Assembly: GCA_965220305.1 (NCBI GenBank)
Contig: OZ244817.1
Span: 1,571,919-1,635,918 of the forward strand
Reading direction: 5' to 3'
Source of the DNA: Dehalococcoidia bacterium
GTDB taxonomy: Bacteria; Chloroflexota; Dehalococcoidia; Lucifugimonadales; UBA3495
Length of the DNA: 64,000 nucleotides
Shown here: positions 9,192 to 18,460 of the stretch, piece after piece
How positions within the stretch are numbered: the stretch's first letter is position 1
How the letters are laid out: every line of letters starts with the position of its first letter
Position numbers and translations under genes: made by a program
Notes under the pieces: generated by a model
The model's database searches: none
The model's input: the letters and a program-made list of their open reading frames with translations, nothing else
Told to the model about the DNA's origin: nothing

Positions 9192-11513
9192 ATGCAGATG
9201 GCGTCCAACATAGTGTTATCCACCGAGCAATTCAACGTGGTGGGTACAACCCCCATTCGCCATGATGGCACCGATAAGGTTACTGGCCGCGCCCAGTACG
9301 GGGCGGACATCCGGCTGCCGGGAATGCTCTACGGAAAGATTCTGCGCAGCCCCCACGCCCACGCCCGCATCAAGTCTATCGACACCAGCAAGGCCGAGCA
9401 GATGCCCGGCGTACATGCCGTGGTCACCTCGGCGGACTTCCCCCAGGCCTCGGGCCGTGTGGTGGACCTGGGCGAAGGCGCCATGACCAACCCCAAGTTC
9501 CTCAGCAATAACTGCCTGGCCGAAGAGAAAGCCCTCTACAAGGGCCACGCCATCGCTGGAGTGGCTGCCGACAGCTTTCAAGAGGCCGAGGAAGCCCTGA
9601 AGCTCATCGAGGTTGAGTACGAGGTCCTGCCGCCGGTGGTGGACATTCTGCAAGCTATGAAAGAGGACGCCACGCCGGTGCACGAGCGCCTGGCCAACCT
9701 GGCCACCGTCAACGTCCGTCCCGGGGGCCTGCGGAACGACGATGAAACCGGCAAGGTCACCAACATCGCCAACCACCTCACTTTTGAAATGGGCGACCTG
9801 GAACAGGGCTTCAAGGACGCTGACATCATTGTGGAGCGGGAGTACCACACCAGGGCGGTACACCAGGGCTACATCGAGCCCCACAGCGCCACCGCCCTTT
9901 GGAACAGCGATGGCATGCTTACCATCTGGTGCAGCAGCCAGGGCCACTTCAACGTCCGGGACCAATCGGCCAGCATCCTGGGGATTCCCGTCTCCCAGGT
10001 CAAAGTGATTCCCCTGGAAATTGGCGGCGGCTTCGGCGGCAAGACCCTGGTCTACCTGGAGCCGGTAGCGGCGGTCCTGTCCCGCAAGACGGGCCGCGCC
10101 GTCAAGGTGTCCATGTCCCGAACCGAGGTCTTTGAAGGCACCGGCCCCACCTCGGGCTCCTACATGAAGGTGAAGATGGGAGTCACCAAGGAGGGCCGCA
10201 TCACCGCCGCCGATGCTACCCTGGCCTACGAGGCCGGAGCCTATCCGGGCTCTCCGGTAAATCCGGGAATGCAGTGCATTTTCGGCTGCTACGAAATCCC
10301 CAACGCCCGGGTGCAGGGATACGACGTGGTGCTGAACCACCCCAAGACCGCCGCCTACCGGGCCCCGGGCTCGCCAGCAGCCGCCTTCGCCTGCGAAACC
10401 GTGGTTGACGAGATTTGCGAGAAGCTGGGGATGGACCCCATAGACTTCCGAATGCTCAACGGCTCCAAGGAAGGCACCCGCCGGCTTCCCGGCCCCATGT
10501 TTGGCCGTATCGGCTTCCTGGAAACCGTGCAGGCCGCCAAGGAGCACGAACACTGGAACACACCCCTGGAGGGGCCCAACCGGGGCCGGGGCATCGCCGG
10601 CGGCTTCTGGTTCAACGGCACCGGGCCATCCAGCGCCCTGGCCAGCGTCACCTCCGACGGCACCGTTACCCTGGTGGAAGGTTCGCCCGACATCGGCGGC
10701 TCCCGGGCGGTGGCGGCCATGCACGTCGCCGAGGTCCTGGGCATAGCCGCCGAGGATGTTCGTCCCCAGGTGGGAGACACCAACTCCATCGGCTTCACCT
10801 CCATGACCGGCGGCAGCGGCGTTGCCTTCAAGACTGGTTGGGCTTCCTACGAGGCTGCCCAGGACATCAAGCAGCAGATGATTGAGCGGGCCGCCCGTAT
10901 CTGGGACATATCCGCCGAGGACGTGGAGTACAAGGACGGCGTAATCTCCCACAAGTCGGAGCCGGAGCTGCGCTTCACCTTCAAGGAATTGGCCGCCCGT
11001 CTCAACGGGACCGGCGGCCCCATCGCCGGTCGTGCCAACGTGGACCCTCGCGGCGTTGGCGGGGCATTCGCCGTCCACATCGTTGACGTGGAGGTGGACC
11101 CGGACACCGGCAAGGTGGAAATCCTGCGCTACACCGCCCTGCAGGACGCCGGAAAGGCGGTGCATCCGGGCTACGTGGAAGGCCAGATACAGGGGGGCGC
11201 GGTACAGGGAATCGGTTGGGCTCTGAACGAAGAGTATTACTTCACCGACCGGGGAGAGATGGCTAACTCCAGCTTCCTGGACTACCGGATGCCCACCAGC
11301 CTGGACCTGCCCATGATCGACACGGTGATTGTCGAAGTAGCCAACCCGGGCCACCCCTACGGAGTCCGTGGCGTGGGCGAAGTTCCCATTGTGCCTCCCA
11401 TGGCGGCCATCGCCAACGCCATCCACAACGCCATTGGCGTGCGGATGAACCAGTTACCCATGAACCCGGGACGAGTCCTGGAAGCCCTCTGGGACAAGGA
11501 CGGGGGCAAGTAG
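9192..11513 (+). CDS. xanthine dehydrogenase / aldehyde oxidase family molybdopterin-binding (large) subunit
   Basis: VGTTPIRHDGTDKVTGRAQYGADIRLPGMLYGKILRSPHAHARIKSID... plus the C-terminal GVGE motif region. The second ATG at 9198 has better spacing from GGAGGTG. Confidence 0.9.
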   Translation: MQMASNIVLSTEQFNVVGTTPIRHDGTDKVTGRAQYGADIRLPGMLYGKILRSPHAHARIKSIDTSKAEQMPGVHAVVTSADFPQASGRVVDLGEGAMTNPKFLSNNCLAEEKALYKGHAIAGVAADSFQEAEEALKLIEVEYEVLPPVVDILQAMKEDATPVHERLANLATVNVRPGGLRNDDETGKVTNIANHLTFEMGDLEQGFKDADIIVEREYHTRAVHQGYIEPHSATALWNSDGMLTIWCSSQGHFNVRDQSASILGIPVSQVKVIPLEIGGGFGGKTLVYLEPVAAVLSRKTGRAVKVSMSRTEVFEGTGPTSGSYMKVKMGVTKEGRITAADATLAYEAGAYPGSPVNPGMQCIFGCYEIPNARVQGYDVVLNHPKTAAYRAPGSPAAAFACETVVDEICEKLGMDPIDFRMLNGSKEGTRRLPGPMFGRIGFLETVQAAKEHEHWNTPLEGPNRGRGIAGGFWFNGTGPSSALASVTSDGTVTLVEGSPDIGGSRAVAAMHVAEVLGIAAEDVRPQVGDTNSIGFTSMTGGSGVAFKTGWASYEAAQDIKQQMIERAARIWDISAEDVEYKDGVISHKSEPELRFTFKELAARLNGTGGPIAGRANVDPRGVGGAFAVHIVDVEVDPDTGKVEILRYTALQDAGKAVHPGYVEGQIQGGAVQGIGWALNEEYYFTDRGEMANSSFLDYRMPTSLDLPMIDTVIVEVANPGHPYGVRGVGEVPIVPPMAAIANAIHNAIGVRMNQLPMNPGRVLEALWDKDGGK

Positions 11514-11557
11514 CCGTTTGGTGGTTTCCGTCATCTACCCTTCACCGAGTAGCGCAG

Positions 11558-11595
11558 CGGGAAGCCCTGACAAAATCAGGGCTTCCCGTCTATCT
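11558..11595 (+). terminator. intrinsic terminator after the Mo-enzyme gene
   Basis: 13-bp perfect stem CGGGAAGCCCTGA / TCAGGGCTTCCCG, loop CAAAA, then TCTATCT. Confidence 0.6.
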
Positions 11596-11705
11596 AATCA
11601 GGGGCCGGCGCGCCCATCCCTGGGACACAGTGAAGGCGCTGAATAGGCTAGTCCCGGCGTCACCAAGCAACCAGGGCATCCGAAGCTAACTTGGTGGCGT
11701 ATTAG

Positions 11706-11735
11706 TTGACAGTTGCCGGGACTCTCAAGTACAAT
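11706..11735 (+). promoter_or_regulatory. sigma70-like promoter TTGACA-18-TACAAT
   Basis: TTGACA 11706-11711 and TACAAT 11730-11735, about 88 nt upstream of ATG 11823. Confidence 0.5.
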
Positions 11736-11822
11736 CCGTGCTCTTGGGCCCGGTGGCCCTGGCCAACCGCCCTTGCAGATTTCCACACAGCAGCCGCCCT
11801 GTTTCGCTGCTGAGGCCGGATT

Positions 11823-12869
11823 ATGCGTTTCTTTTCCGCACTGGGAAGACTATTAACGAGTTGGTACGTCGTCGTCCCCTTCTTCGCCGCCGTGGGCATA
11901 GCCGTGGGTGTGGTGATTTTTGTCTTTGCCTACCCTGGGAAGCCCAAGATTGGCGTAATCGACATACCCTTCACCGTCATCACCGAGGGGTCGTCCTGGG
12001 CAATTAGCGAATACCTCAACTACGCCCGACGGGACGATTCCATCAAGGCGGTGGTCATCAAGCTGAGCACCCCCGGCGGGGGAGCAGCTTCCAGCGAGCG
12101 GCTATACATCGAGACCCGCCAACTGCGGGAGGAGAAACCTGTGGTGCTGGTGATGAACGGCCTGGTTGCCAGCGGCGGCTACATGATGGCAATGGGGGCC
12201 TCCCACTCCTACGCTCAGACCTCTTCCCTGGTGGGCAACGTGGGGGTAATTTCCTTCGCCGGACCGTTGATTTCTCCCGTACCGGATGAGCGGCTCATCT
12301 ACACCGGCCCCTACAAGCTGACCGGAGCTTCCCGGCGGGACTGGATTGGCACCATGGACCAGCTAAAGCGGTCCTTCGCCCAGATGGTAGTCAACGAGCG
12401 GGGGGACAAGCTGAAGATTTCCCAGAATGAGTTGGTGGAGGGACGCATTTACTCCGGCGTGGAGGCGGTGCGGCTGGGCCTGGCCGACGAGATTGGCGGC
12501 GATAGTCACGCCATGCTGAAGGCTGCTGAACTGGCGGGAATCTCCAACTACGGCCTCGTTGACGTAAACATCGAGGTGCAGCGGGAATTCGTCCGCAAGA
12601 TACGGCGCATTTTCACTTCCCTGGACGACGGGGGCGACACCAACCTGGCTGACGCGCTGGCCCTGCTTTCCATGGACTACAACGGGGGAGACCCAGCCCT
12701 GCAAGCACCCGGTTTGGAGTCGGACAGCAGCATCGCCAGGATCCAGGCCATGCGAGGCCTGATGCTCTCGGGAAGGGTGGGCGCCAACGAAGAGGAGCCC
12801 CTGCCCGGGTTCCCCGTGGATATACGTCGCCCCAACGTCTATTACCTGTATGTGGGACATGATCCGTAG
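11823..12869 (+). CDS. sppA: S49-family signal peptide peptidase (SppA-like), membrane anchored
   Basis: N-terminal TM segment; KAVVIKLSTPGGGAASSE...PVVLVMNGLVASGGYMMAMGA...VGNVGVI. Confidence 0.7.
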   Translation: MRFFSALGRLLTSWYVVVPFFAAVGIAVGVVIFVFAYPGKPKIGVIDIPFTVITEGSSWAISEYLNYARRDDSIKAVVIKLSTPGGGAASSERLYIETRQLREEKPVVLVMNGLVASGGYMMAMGASHSYAQTSSLVGNVGVISFAGPLISPVPDERLIYTGPYKLTGASRRDWIGTMDQLKRSFAQMVVNERGDKLKISQNELVEGRIYSGVEAVRLGLADEIGGDSHAMLKAAELAGISNYGLVDVNIEVQREFVRKIRRIFTSLDDGGDTNLADALALLSMDYNGGDPALQAPGLESDSSIARIQAMRGLMLSGRVGANEEEPLPGFPVDIRRPNVYYLYVGHDP

Positions 12870-14166
12870 ACTGGGATTATTAGCCCTTCTTCCCATATTC
12901 GCCGCCGCCGCCTTTTTGGGTCCGTTCTTCTTCTTTTACCAAGGGAGCTACGACCCGGCGCCTTCGGTGGACATTCCCTTTGAACAGATTGCCTACGCCG
13001 CCGCTCCCGCCAGCACCTTCGTGGATTCACCCACGGCCCAGGTGAAGAGAGGCTTCCTCTTGGTGGATGCGCTGCACCGCAACGCCTTCCTGGAGGACGA
13101 GATCATCACCCTTCGTTCTCGGGTAGCCAACCGGGGCTACGACGTGGAATTCGTGGGCAACTTTGGCTTCTCCGAAGAGGACAGCCGTCTGGACCGGCTG
13201 GAGGAAAAGCTGCGCCGGGCGGACAGCTTCCTGGTTATTCTACCCCGGGAGGCCTACTCGGAGGCGGAAGCGGCCCTGGTGCAGCGGTTCGTCCGCAAGG
13301 GCGGAAAGCTGCTGTTGGTTGCCGACCCCACCCGTCCGCACCAGATAAACGTCCTGGCGGAAAGGTTCGGGTTGGACTTTCAGCCGGACTATCTGTACAA
13401 CCAGGTGGAAAGCGACCTGAATTTCCAGCATATCTATGTCCGGGACTTCCAGCCGGACGCGCTGACCACTGGCCTGAATACCATTACCCTATTCACGGCT
13501 GGCTCGGTACGGTCTTCCGGCCCGGGGCTGGCCTTCGCCGACGGCAACACCCAGTCCAACCTGGTGACCACTGCCGAAAGCCTCTATCCCATCGCCCGGG
13601 GCAATACCCGCAACGTGGTGGCCGTAGCGGACTTCACCTTCATGGTGCCTCCCCACAACTCCTACCTGGACAACGACCAGTTGCTTTCCAACATTGCCGA
13701 CTACTTGACCACCAGTGAACGAGAGTTTGAACTGGCCGACTTCCCCCATTTCTACGAGGGGGAACTGGACGGCAGCGTGGACATCCTGCTGGGCCAAGCC
13801 TCCCTGCTGAACACCGGAATAGAGTTCAAGAGCGCCCTGTCGGAATACGGCTTGTCTTCCCAACTCCAAGGCGTGGAAGACGTGAGCCAGGATACGGTGT
13901 TCCTGGGATTGTACGAGGACGCCCTGCAGGTGAGCCAATACCTGCAAGCCGCCGGAATCCGCATTGATGACACCCTGGGCACCCCTTTTACGCCGGAGCT
14001 GGACTTGGGCGGAACAGCCATCACCGTGCTTGACCGGGACCAGGACCGGTACGTGTTAATCGTGTTGGCAGACACGCCGGAGACGCTGGGCGGCGCTGCA
14101 ACTGACCTGCTCCTCGGAAACTTTAGAGATAACCTGGTGAGTGATTTCGTGGGGGTACGTAATTAG
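12850..14166 (+). CDS. membrane-anchored hypothetical protein, possibly DUF4350/GldG-like
   Basis: N-terminal TM segment; ...SFLVILPREAYSEAEAALVQRFVRKGGKLLLVADP... Overlaps the sppA-like gene by 20 nt. Confidence 0.4.
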   Translation: MWDMIRRLGLLALLPIFAAAAFLGPFFFFYQGSYDPAPSVDIPFEQIAYAAAPASTFVDSPTAQVKRGFLLVDALHRNAFLEDEIITLRSRVANRGYDVEFVGNFGFSEEDSRLDRLEEKLRRADSFLVILPREAYSEAEAALVQRFVRKGGKLLLVADPTRPHQINVLAERFGLDFQPDYLYNQVESDLNFQHIYVRDFQPDALTTGLNTITLFTAGSVRSSGPGLAFADGNTQSNLVTTAESLYPIARGNTRNVVAVADFTFMVPPHNSYLDNDQLLSNIADYLTTSEREFELADFPHFYEGELDGSVDILLGQASLLNTGIEFKSALSEYGLSSQLQGVEDVSQDTVFLGLYEDALQVSQYLQAAGIRIDDTLGTPFTPELDLGGTAITVLDRDQDRYVLIVLADTPETLGGAATDLLLGNFRDNLVSDFVGVRN

Positions 14167-15654
14167 TTGATGAGGGTACGATTTAACTCCTATTTTCTGG
14201 TGCCCCCGGCACTGCTATTGCTGGCCCTGATGGTCGCCTGCGCCGGCGTCAGCGATGCTCCACCACCGGCAGCGGTCCCGGATGCGCCTCCGGCCCAGGC
14301 GGCTACACCCCTGCCGGCCAGCGCCCGGGCGGCCATGGACCAGTTTGTTCAGCAGCAGCAGGAAATCGAGGTGGATTGGGACAAGTACCACCAGGAATTT
14401 GACCAATGGCGCGCTGGGCTCACCTCCTGTCACCGCAGTTCGGTCCAGGCGGCCCTGCGGGACTTCGCCGTCAGTTTCAACAGCGTCACCGAGCAGACCA
14501 GAGACCTTCCCAGAAACGCCACCACCCGCGAGCTTGCCGACATTCTGATAGAGGCGGCAGTACAGGAAGAAGCGGCCTACCGTCAACTGCGGGACCGCTG
14601 GCAGCCCAAGAACGTCTCCCTCTTTGAGCAGGTGGAGCAACGTCGCGCCGACGCTGCCTTGGCCCAGAAGATGGCCGAAGACCAGGCCATCGACCTGCAA
14701 AAGGAGTTGGAGGAGGGGGCAGACCCGGAAGAGGTGGCGGCGGTGGAGGCTTTTTCCGAAGCCCTTGATGGTATCAAGGACCAGTGGAAGGAATTTCACG
14801 CTGACTACGCCGACCTGCGTAAAGAAGCGGACGATCTGGATAACGCAGTAGCCATCACCCGACTGGAGCAACTTATTGAACGGTTCGGGGCAATAGTTGA
14901 GGCTGTCAATGAGCTTCCCGAGTCGGACGCCACGGAAGACATGATTGGGATGCTCCAAGATGCGGCGCAGGGGGAGCTTGAAGCCCTGCTATCCGTGGCG
15001 AAGTCTCTGGCCGACAGTGACCCGCCGCCGCCCTCGGTAGACCCCAGCGGCATACCTATCCCCACTGCTACCCCCATCCCACCGCCGGATTCCGAAAAGA
15101 CCGAACTGGCCATGCCTCCTGGCCCCCCAGGAATGGGTATGGGTATGGAAAGCGCGCCGGGGGCATCTTTCGATGAAATGGACATAGCCGTCAGCTACAC
15201 CGAGGACGTCTTGAGGCAAGTAAAACTCTCTATCAAAGTCATCGTTGACGACAGTCCGGCGGAAAGCCTGGCGGACGTCAGGGAGTTCAACAACGATTAC
15301 CGGAGGTTGCTGGAAGAGTGGGACGCCTTCCACCAAGGCTACGACGATTGGCGCAAGACCGATGGCGGGTGCGACCGTACCTCGGTGTTGGAAGCCCTGG
15401 ACCAGTTCAACCTGCGGGCCAACGACCTGGGCCGTCAGGTCCGAGACCTGCCCCAGGCCAGCTACCTGCTGCCCATGTACACCCTGCTGGTGGAAGCGGC
15501 AGAACGGGAGGAGGGGGCCATCCGGGCCCTGCGGAATTCCTGGCAACCCTTCACCGTGGATGTGTTCAAAGCGGTGGACCAGGAACGGGTCAACGCCAAT
15601 AGGCTCCGCCGCCAGGCGGACATCGGACTACAGGAACTCAGCGAGCGTTTCTAG
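14167..15654 (+). CDS. probable lipoprotein with two copies of a roughly 110-aa helical domain separated by a Pro/Met-rich linker
   Basis: Signal LLLLALMVAC. Domain A is DWDKYHQEFDQWRAGLTSCHRSSVQAALRDF...RDLP...; domain B is EWDAFHQGYDDWRKTDGGCDRTSVLEALDQF...RDLP.... Start (TTG 14167 / ATG 14170) abuts the previous stop. Confidence 0.6.
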   Translation: MMRVRFNSYFLVPPALLLLALMVACAGVSDAPPPAAVPDAPPAQAATPLPASARAAMDQFVQQQQEIEVDWDKYHQEFDQWRAGLTSCHRSSVQAALRDFAVSFNSVTEQTRDLPRNATTRELADILIEAAVQEEAAYRQLRDRWQPKNVSLFEQVEQRRADAALAQKMAEDQAIDLQKELEEGADPEEVAAVEAFSEALDGIKDQWKEFHADYADLRKEADDLDNAVAITRLEQLIERFGAIVEAVNELPESDATEDMIGMLQDAAQGELEALLSVAKSLADSDPPPPSVDPSGIPIPTATPIPPPDSEKTELAMPPGPPGMGMGMESAPGASFDEMDIAVSYTEDVLRQVKLSIKVIVDDSPAESLADVREFNNDYRRLLEEWDAFHQGYDDWRKTDGGCDRTSVLEALDQFNLRANDLGRQVRDLPQASYLLPMYTLLVEAAEREEGAIRALRNSWQPFTVDVFKAVDQERVNANRLRRQADIGLQELSERF

Positions 15655-15810
15655 GGTTTCACCGCAACGGGTCCATCCTTTTAGGCCGGGCGCTTTAGGG
15701 GCAGAGTCCTTCCTTCCAATCCTCCCTGGAAAACCGCCCCCGGTGAGCCTGTCCTTCGACAAGCTCCGGGAGGGCGAGCTACCCGGGACGGGAATCCGAG
15801 GGGCTGTAAA

Positions 15811-15848
15811 TTTTAAGGGGAAGGGCTTCGTTGCCCTTCCCCTTTTAC
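15811..15848. terminator. bidirectional hairpin terminator between convergent genes
   Basis: TTTT-AAGGGGAAGGGC-ttcgtt-GCCCTTCCCCTT-TT; 12-bp perfect stem. Confidence 0.55.
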
Positions 15849-15875
15849 CATCCTAGCGTCAGCCCACCTCGGCAA

Positions 15876-17030
15876 TCACACCCCGCGGATTATACGTTCC
15901 GACATTTCGGCTCCCTGGAGCACCTCGGATATGGTGGCCGTCTCTTCCCTGGTGTGGAAGTTCCGGACGCCGATGCCCACCGGCACGGCGGAGATGCCGT
16001 TCTCGAAGAAAACGTTGGCATCGGAACCGCCGCCGCTGGCTTCCAGGACCGGGTCCATCCCCACCTGGGCCAGGGCCCGGGCAATCATGGTCACTGCCGG
16101 GTCGGACTCGCCCACCTGGTAGGCGTGATAGCTGTTCTCCACGTTCAGCGATACCTGGGCCTCGGGGTACATTGCCGCCACCTGGCCGAAGGCGCTGCGA
16201 AACTCCTGGGTGTAGTGGTCCAGCTTGGCCCGATCGCGGCTGCGGACCTCCCCGTCCAGGAAAGTGGACTCGGGAATGATGTTGCGCTTCAGACCACCCT
16301 CAATATACCCGATATTGGAGGTGGTCTCATGGTCGATTCGGCCCAGGGGCAGCCGCGTCAGGATGTGGGCGGCGATGAGAATGGCGGATATTCCCTTTTC
16401 CGGCTCCACGCCGGCGTGGGCGGCACGGCCCTGAATGGTAGCCTTGACCACGTTTTGCGACGGGGCCGACACCGTCATGCGGTTGACCTGGCCCTCGCCA
16501 TCGAAGACTACTCCCCGCCTGGCGCTGATACGGCTGAAGTCCAGGTTATGGACCCCCACCAAACCCCCTTCTTCGGCACGGGTAAACACCACCTCAATGG
16601 GCACACGCTGGGCGCCGGACTCCACCACCGAGGTTAGGGCTTCCAGCACGATGCTGACTCCGGCCTTGCAATCACCTCCCAGAATGGTGGTCCCGTCGGA
16701 GCGCAGCACGTCCCCGTCCAGGGTGGGGTTTATGCCCCGGCCAGGCTCCACCGTATCCAGGTGCGCCGATAGAATCACCGGGTCTCCCTCGCCCCCCAGC
16801 TTGGCAATCAGGTTATTGAAGGAATCGTGGTAGACCTGGCAGCCCAGGGCAGTCAGCCGCGAACTCACCTCCAGGTCAATGGCGTCCTCCTCGCCGGTGG
16901 GGCTGTCGATACGAATCAGGTCCATCAACGTGCTTATCAGTCGCTCTCGGTTAGCCAAGGCTACCTCCCGTATACCGTCGTCTCGCCCCATTATACCGCC
17001 GCGATGGGCGGTAGTCATTCTTCGCGCCAC
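15876..17030 (-). CDS. M20-family metallopeptidase (PepT/ArgE/DapE-like)
   Basis: LIRIDSPTGEE...ILSAHLDTVEPG...TRAEEGGLVG...; the true start may be the internal MGRDDG. Confidence 0.75.
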   Translation of the reverse strand: MARRMTTAHRGGIMGRDDGIREVALANRERLISTLMDLIRIDSPTGEEDAIDLEVSSRLTALGCQVYHDSFNNLIAKLGGEGDPVILSAHLDTVEPGRGINPTLDGDVLRSDGTTILGGDCKAGVSIVLEALTSVVESGAQRVPIEVVFTRAEEGGLVGVHNLDFSRISARRGVVFDGEGQVNRMTVSAPSQNVVKATIQGRAAHAGVEPEKGISAILIAAHILTRLPLGRIDHETTSNIGYIEGGLKRNIIPESTFLDGEVRSRDRAKLDHYTQEFRSAFGQVAAMYPEAQVSLNVENSYHAYQVGESDPAVTMIARALAQVGMDPVLEASGGGSDANVFFENGISAVPVGIGVRNFHTREETATISEVLQGAEMSERIIRGV

Positions 17031-17261
17031 TGTAGGCCGGTGGCGTTTGAGCCATCAGGAAGCAGCGATTATGGGCGCCGGAGTACCTCGTGACACCGGG
17101 CTTCGTCGGAATCAAAATACCCCGGCCAATCGCCAGGGCAGTCGCATTTGGTCACAGCCTACCGTCATTATGGAGAAGAGCCGGCCCGGTCCTGCAACGT
17201 GGCCGGAGTCCATACCGGGCGAACTGGCCTTTCATTTTGATGGATATGTTGAATTGGAGGG

Positions 17262-17290
17262 CTGGATTCCCGCTTTCGCGGGAAAGACGG
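17262..17290 (-). repeat. REP-like palindromic unit
   Basis: ctggattcccgctttcgcgggaaagacgg. Confidence 0.7.
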
Positions 17291-17364
17291 TAGGGGGTGG
17301 CGGCATGCCCGCCGGGACAAAAATTGTCTCTAGCTGGAGAATCGAAAGACCCTGGCCAATCAGC

Positions 17365-17548
17365 CAGGGCCTTTTCATTCTCGTCTCACTTGGTCATCCC
17401 GTACTTTTCTGTCATTCTGAGCAGAGCGAAGAATCTAAAGTTCTTGCCAACATCGCTTTTCTTCGGTACTCGGACGAGGTCCCGGATGAGGGATTTCAGA
17501 TTCTTCGCTTCGCTCAGAATGACATTTGCTGAAAATGAAAAGTCCCTG
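17365..17548 (+). mobile_element. 184-bp MITE, copy 2
   Basis: Same termini as copy 1. Flanking GCCAATCAGC repeated on both sides (17355-17364 and 17550-17559, one-base offset). Confidence 0.85.
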
Positions 17549-17614
17549 AGCCAATCAGCCATCCATAGTGACTGACACTCGCTCCATGTGTATACTTGAG
17601 AGTGAGGCCTTCTT

Positions 17615-17860
17615 ATGCAGTTGGACATCAGGTTTTTTGCGATATACCGGGAGCGCGCTGGTCGACGCCAGTTCTTGTTGGACCTGCCTACCGGGGCCAG
17701 CGTTGCGGATATGGTATCCGAGGTGCGCCGCCATTTCCCCAACTTGGCGCCGCCTGAAGTGCAGATAGTTGTGGCGGTTAACGCCGAATACGCCGAGCCG
17801 GATACTATGTTGCGGGCCGGAGACGAGGTCTGCTTGATACCCCCGGTCAGCGGAGGATAA
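17615..17860 (+). CDS. moaD: molybdopterin synthase sulfur-carrier subunit MoaD
   Basis: 81 aa, ubiquitin-like, ends ...IPPVSGG; directly precedes moaE. Confidence 0.85.
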   Translation: MQLDIRFFAIYRERAGRRQFLLDLPTGASVADMVSEVRRHFPNLAPPEVQIVVAVNAEYAEPDTMLRAGDEVCLIPPVSGG

Positions 17861-17863
17861 CGC

Positions 17864-18322
17864 ATGATTGTGATTACCCATGAACCCCTGGACCCGGAGC
17901 GGCTTACCAACGAGGTGCGACAGGATACCAACGGGGCCGTAGTGACTTTTCTCGGTACTACCCGCAACTTTTCCGAAGGCAAGCGGGTCCTGAAACTGGA
18001 GTACGAAGCCTACGAGGAGATGGCCTACAAGAAGCTGGAAGAGATCCGCCAGGAAATGCGGGCCGAGTTCGGCATTGACGACGTGGCTATCGCCCACCGC
18101 ATCGGCCCCGTGGACATTGGGCACATCAGCCTGGTGGTCGCCGTGGCTTCCCCCCACCGCAAGGAAGCCTTCTACGCCTGTCACAAGGTGGTGGACCGGG
18201 TCAAGGAAATTGTCCCCATCTGGAAGAAAGAAGTCTTCGAGGACGGCTCCCGCTGGGTAGCCTGCGAAGACCACGAATTCGACCACGAAGAAGCTGTCGG
18301 CCTCCACACCCACAACCACTAG
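17864..18322 (+). CDS. moaE: molybdopterin synthase catalytic subunit MoaE
   Basis: GAVVTFLGTTRN...LEYEAYEEMA...HRIGPVDIGHISLVVAVASPHRKEAF...PIWKKE. Confidence 0.9.
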   Translation: MIVITHEPLDPERLTNEVRQDTNGAVVTFLGTTRNFSEGKRVLKLEYEAYEEMAYKKLEEIRQEMRAEFGIDDVAIAHRIGPVDIGHISLVVAVASPHRKEAFYACHKVVDRVKEIVPIWKKEVFEDGSRWVACEDHEFDHEEAVGLHTHNH

Positions 18323-18460
18323 TCCCGGAGGGGCAGTCCAACGGCCCTTGAAATGGGGAATCCTATCGCTAACTCCCCGAACGCCCTGTACCAAGTAGCG
18401 GGTGTCCCCGCCCGGTGGGATGCGCGTACTATACCGTGGTGAGTTCATCCAAGACAGATT

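Noticed and set aside
9216-11426. 736-aa ORF antisense to the Mo-enzyme gene. Similar long antisense ORFs occur at 3949..5004, 6487..7593, 30358..31602, 61847..62878, 34799..35692 and 41109..42137.
   Set aside because: These are typical shadow ORFs of high-GC DNA. The translations are low-complexity (Gly/Ala/Arg/Val/His-rich) with no motifs, and each lies fully opposite a gene with a strong family signature.
17549-17614. Moco riboswitch upstream of moaD, and another upstream of the Mo-enzyme gene at 9040-9191.
   Set aside because: Only 66 nt separate the MITE from the moaD start, which is too short for that roughly 130-nt element. By eye I could not find its conserved motifs in either leader. 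Without a covariance-model scan this rejection is provisional.
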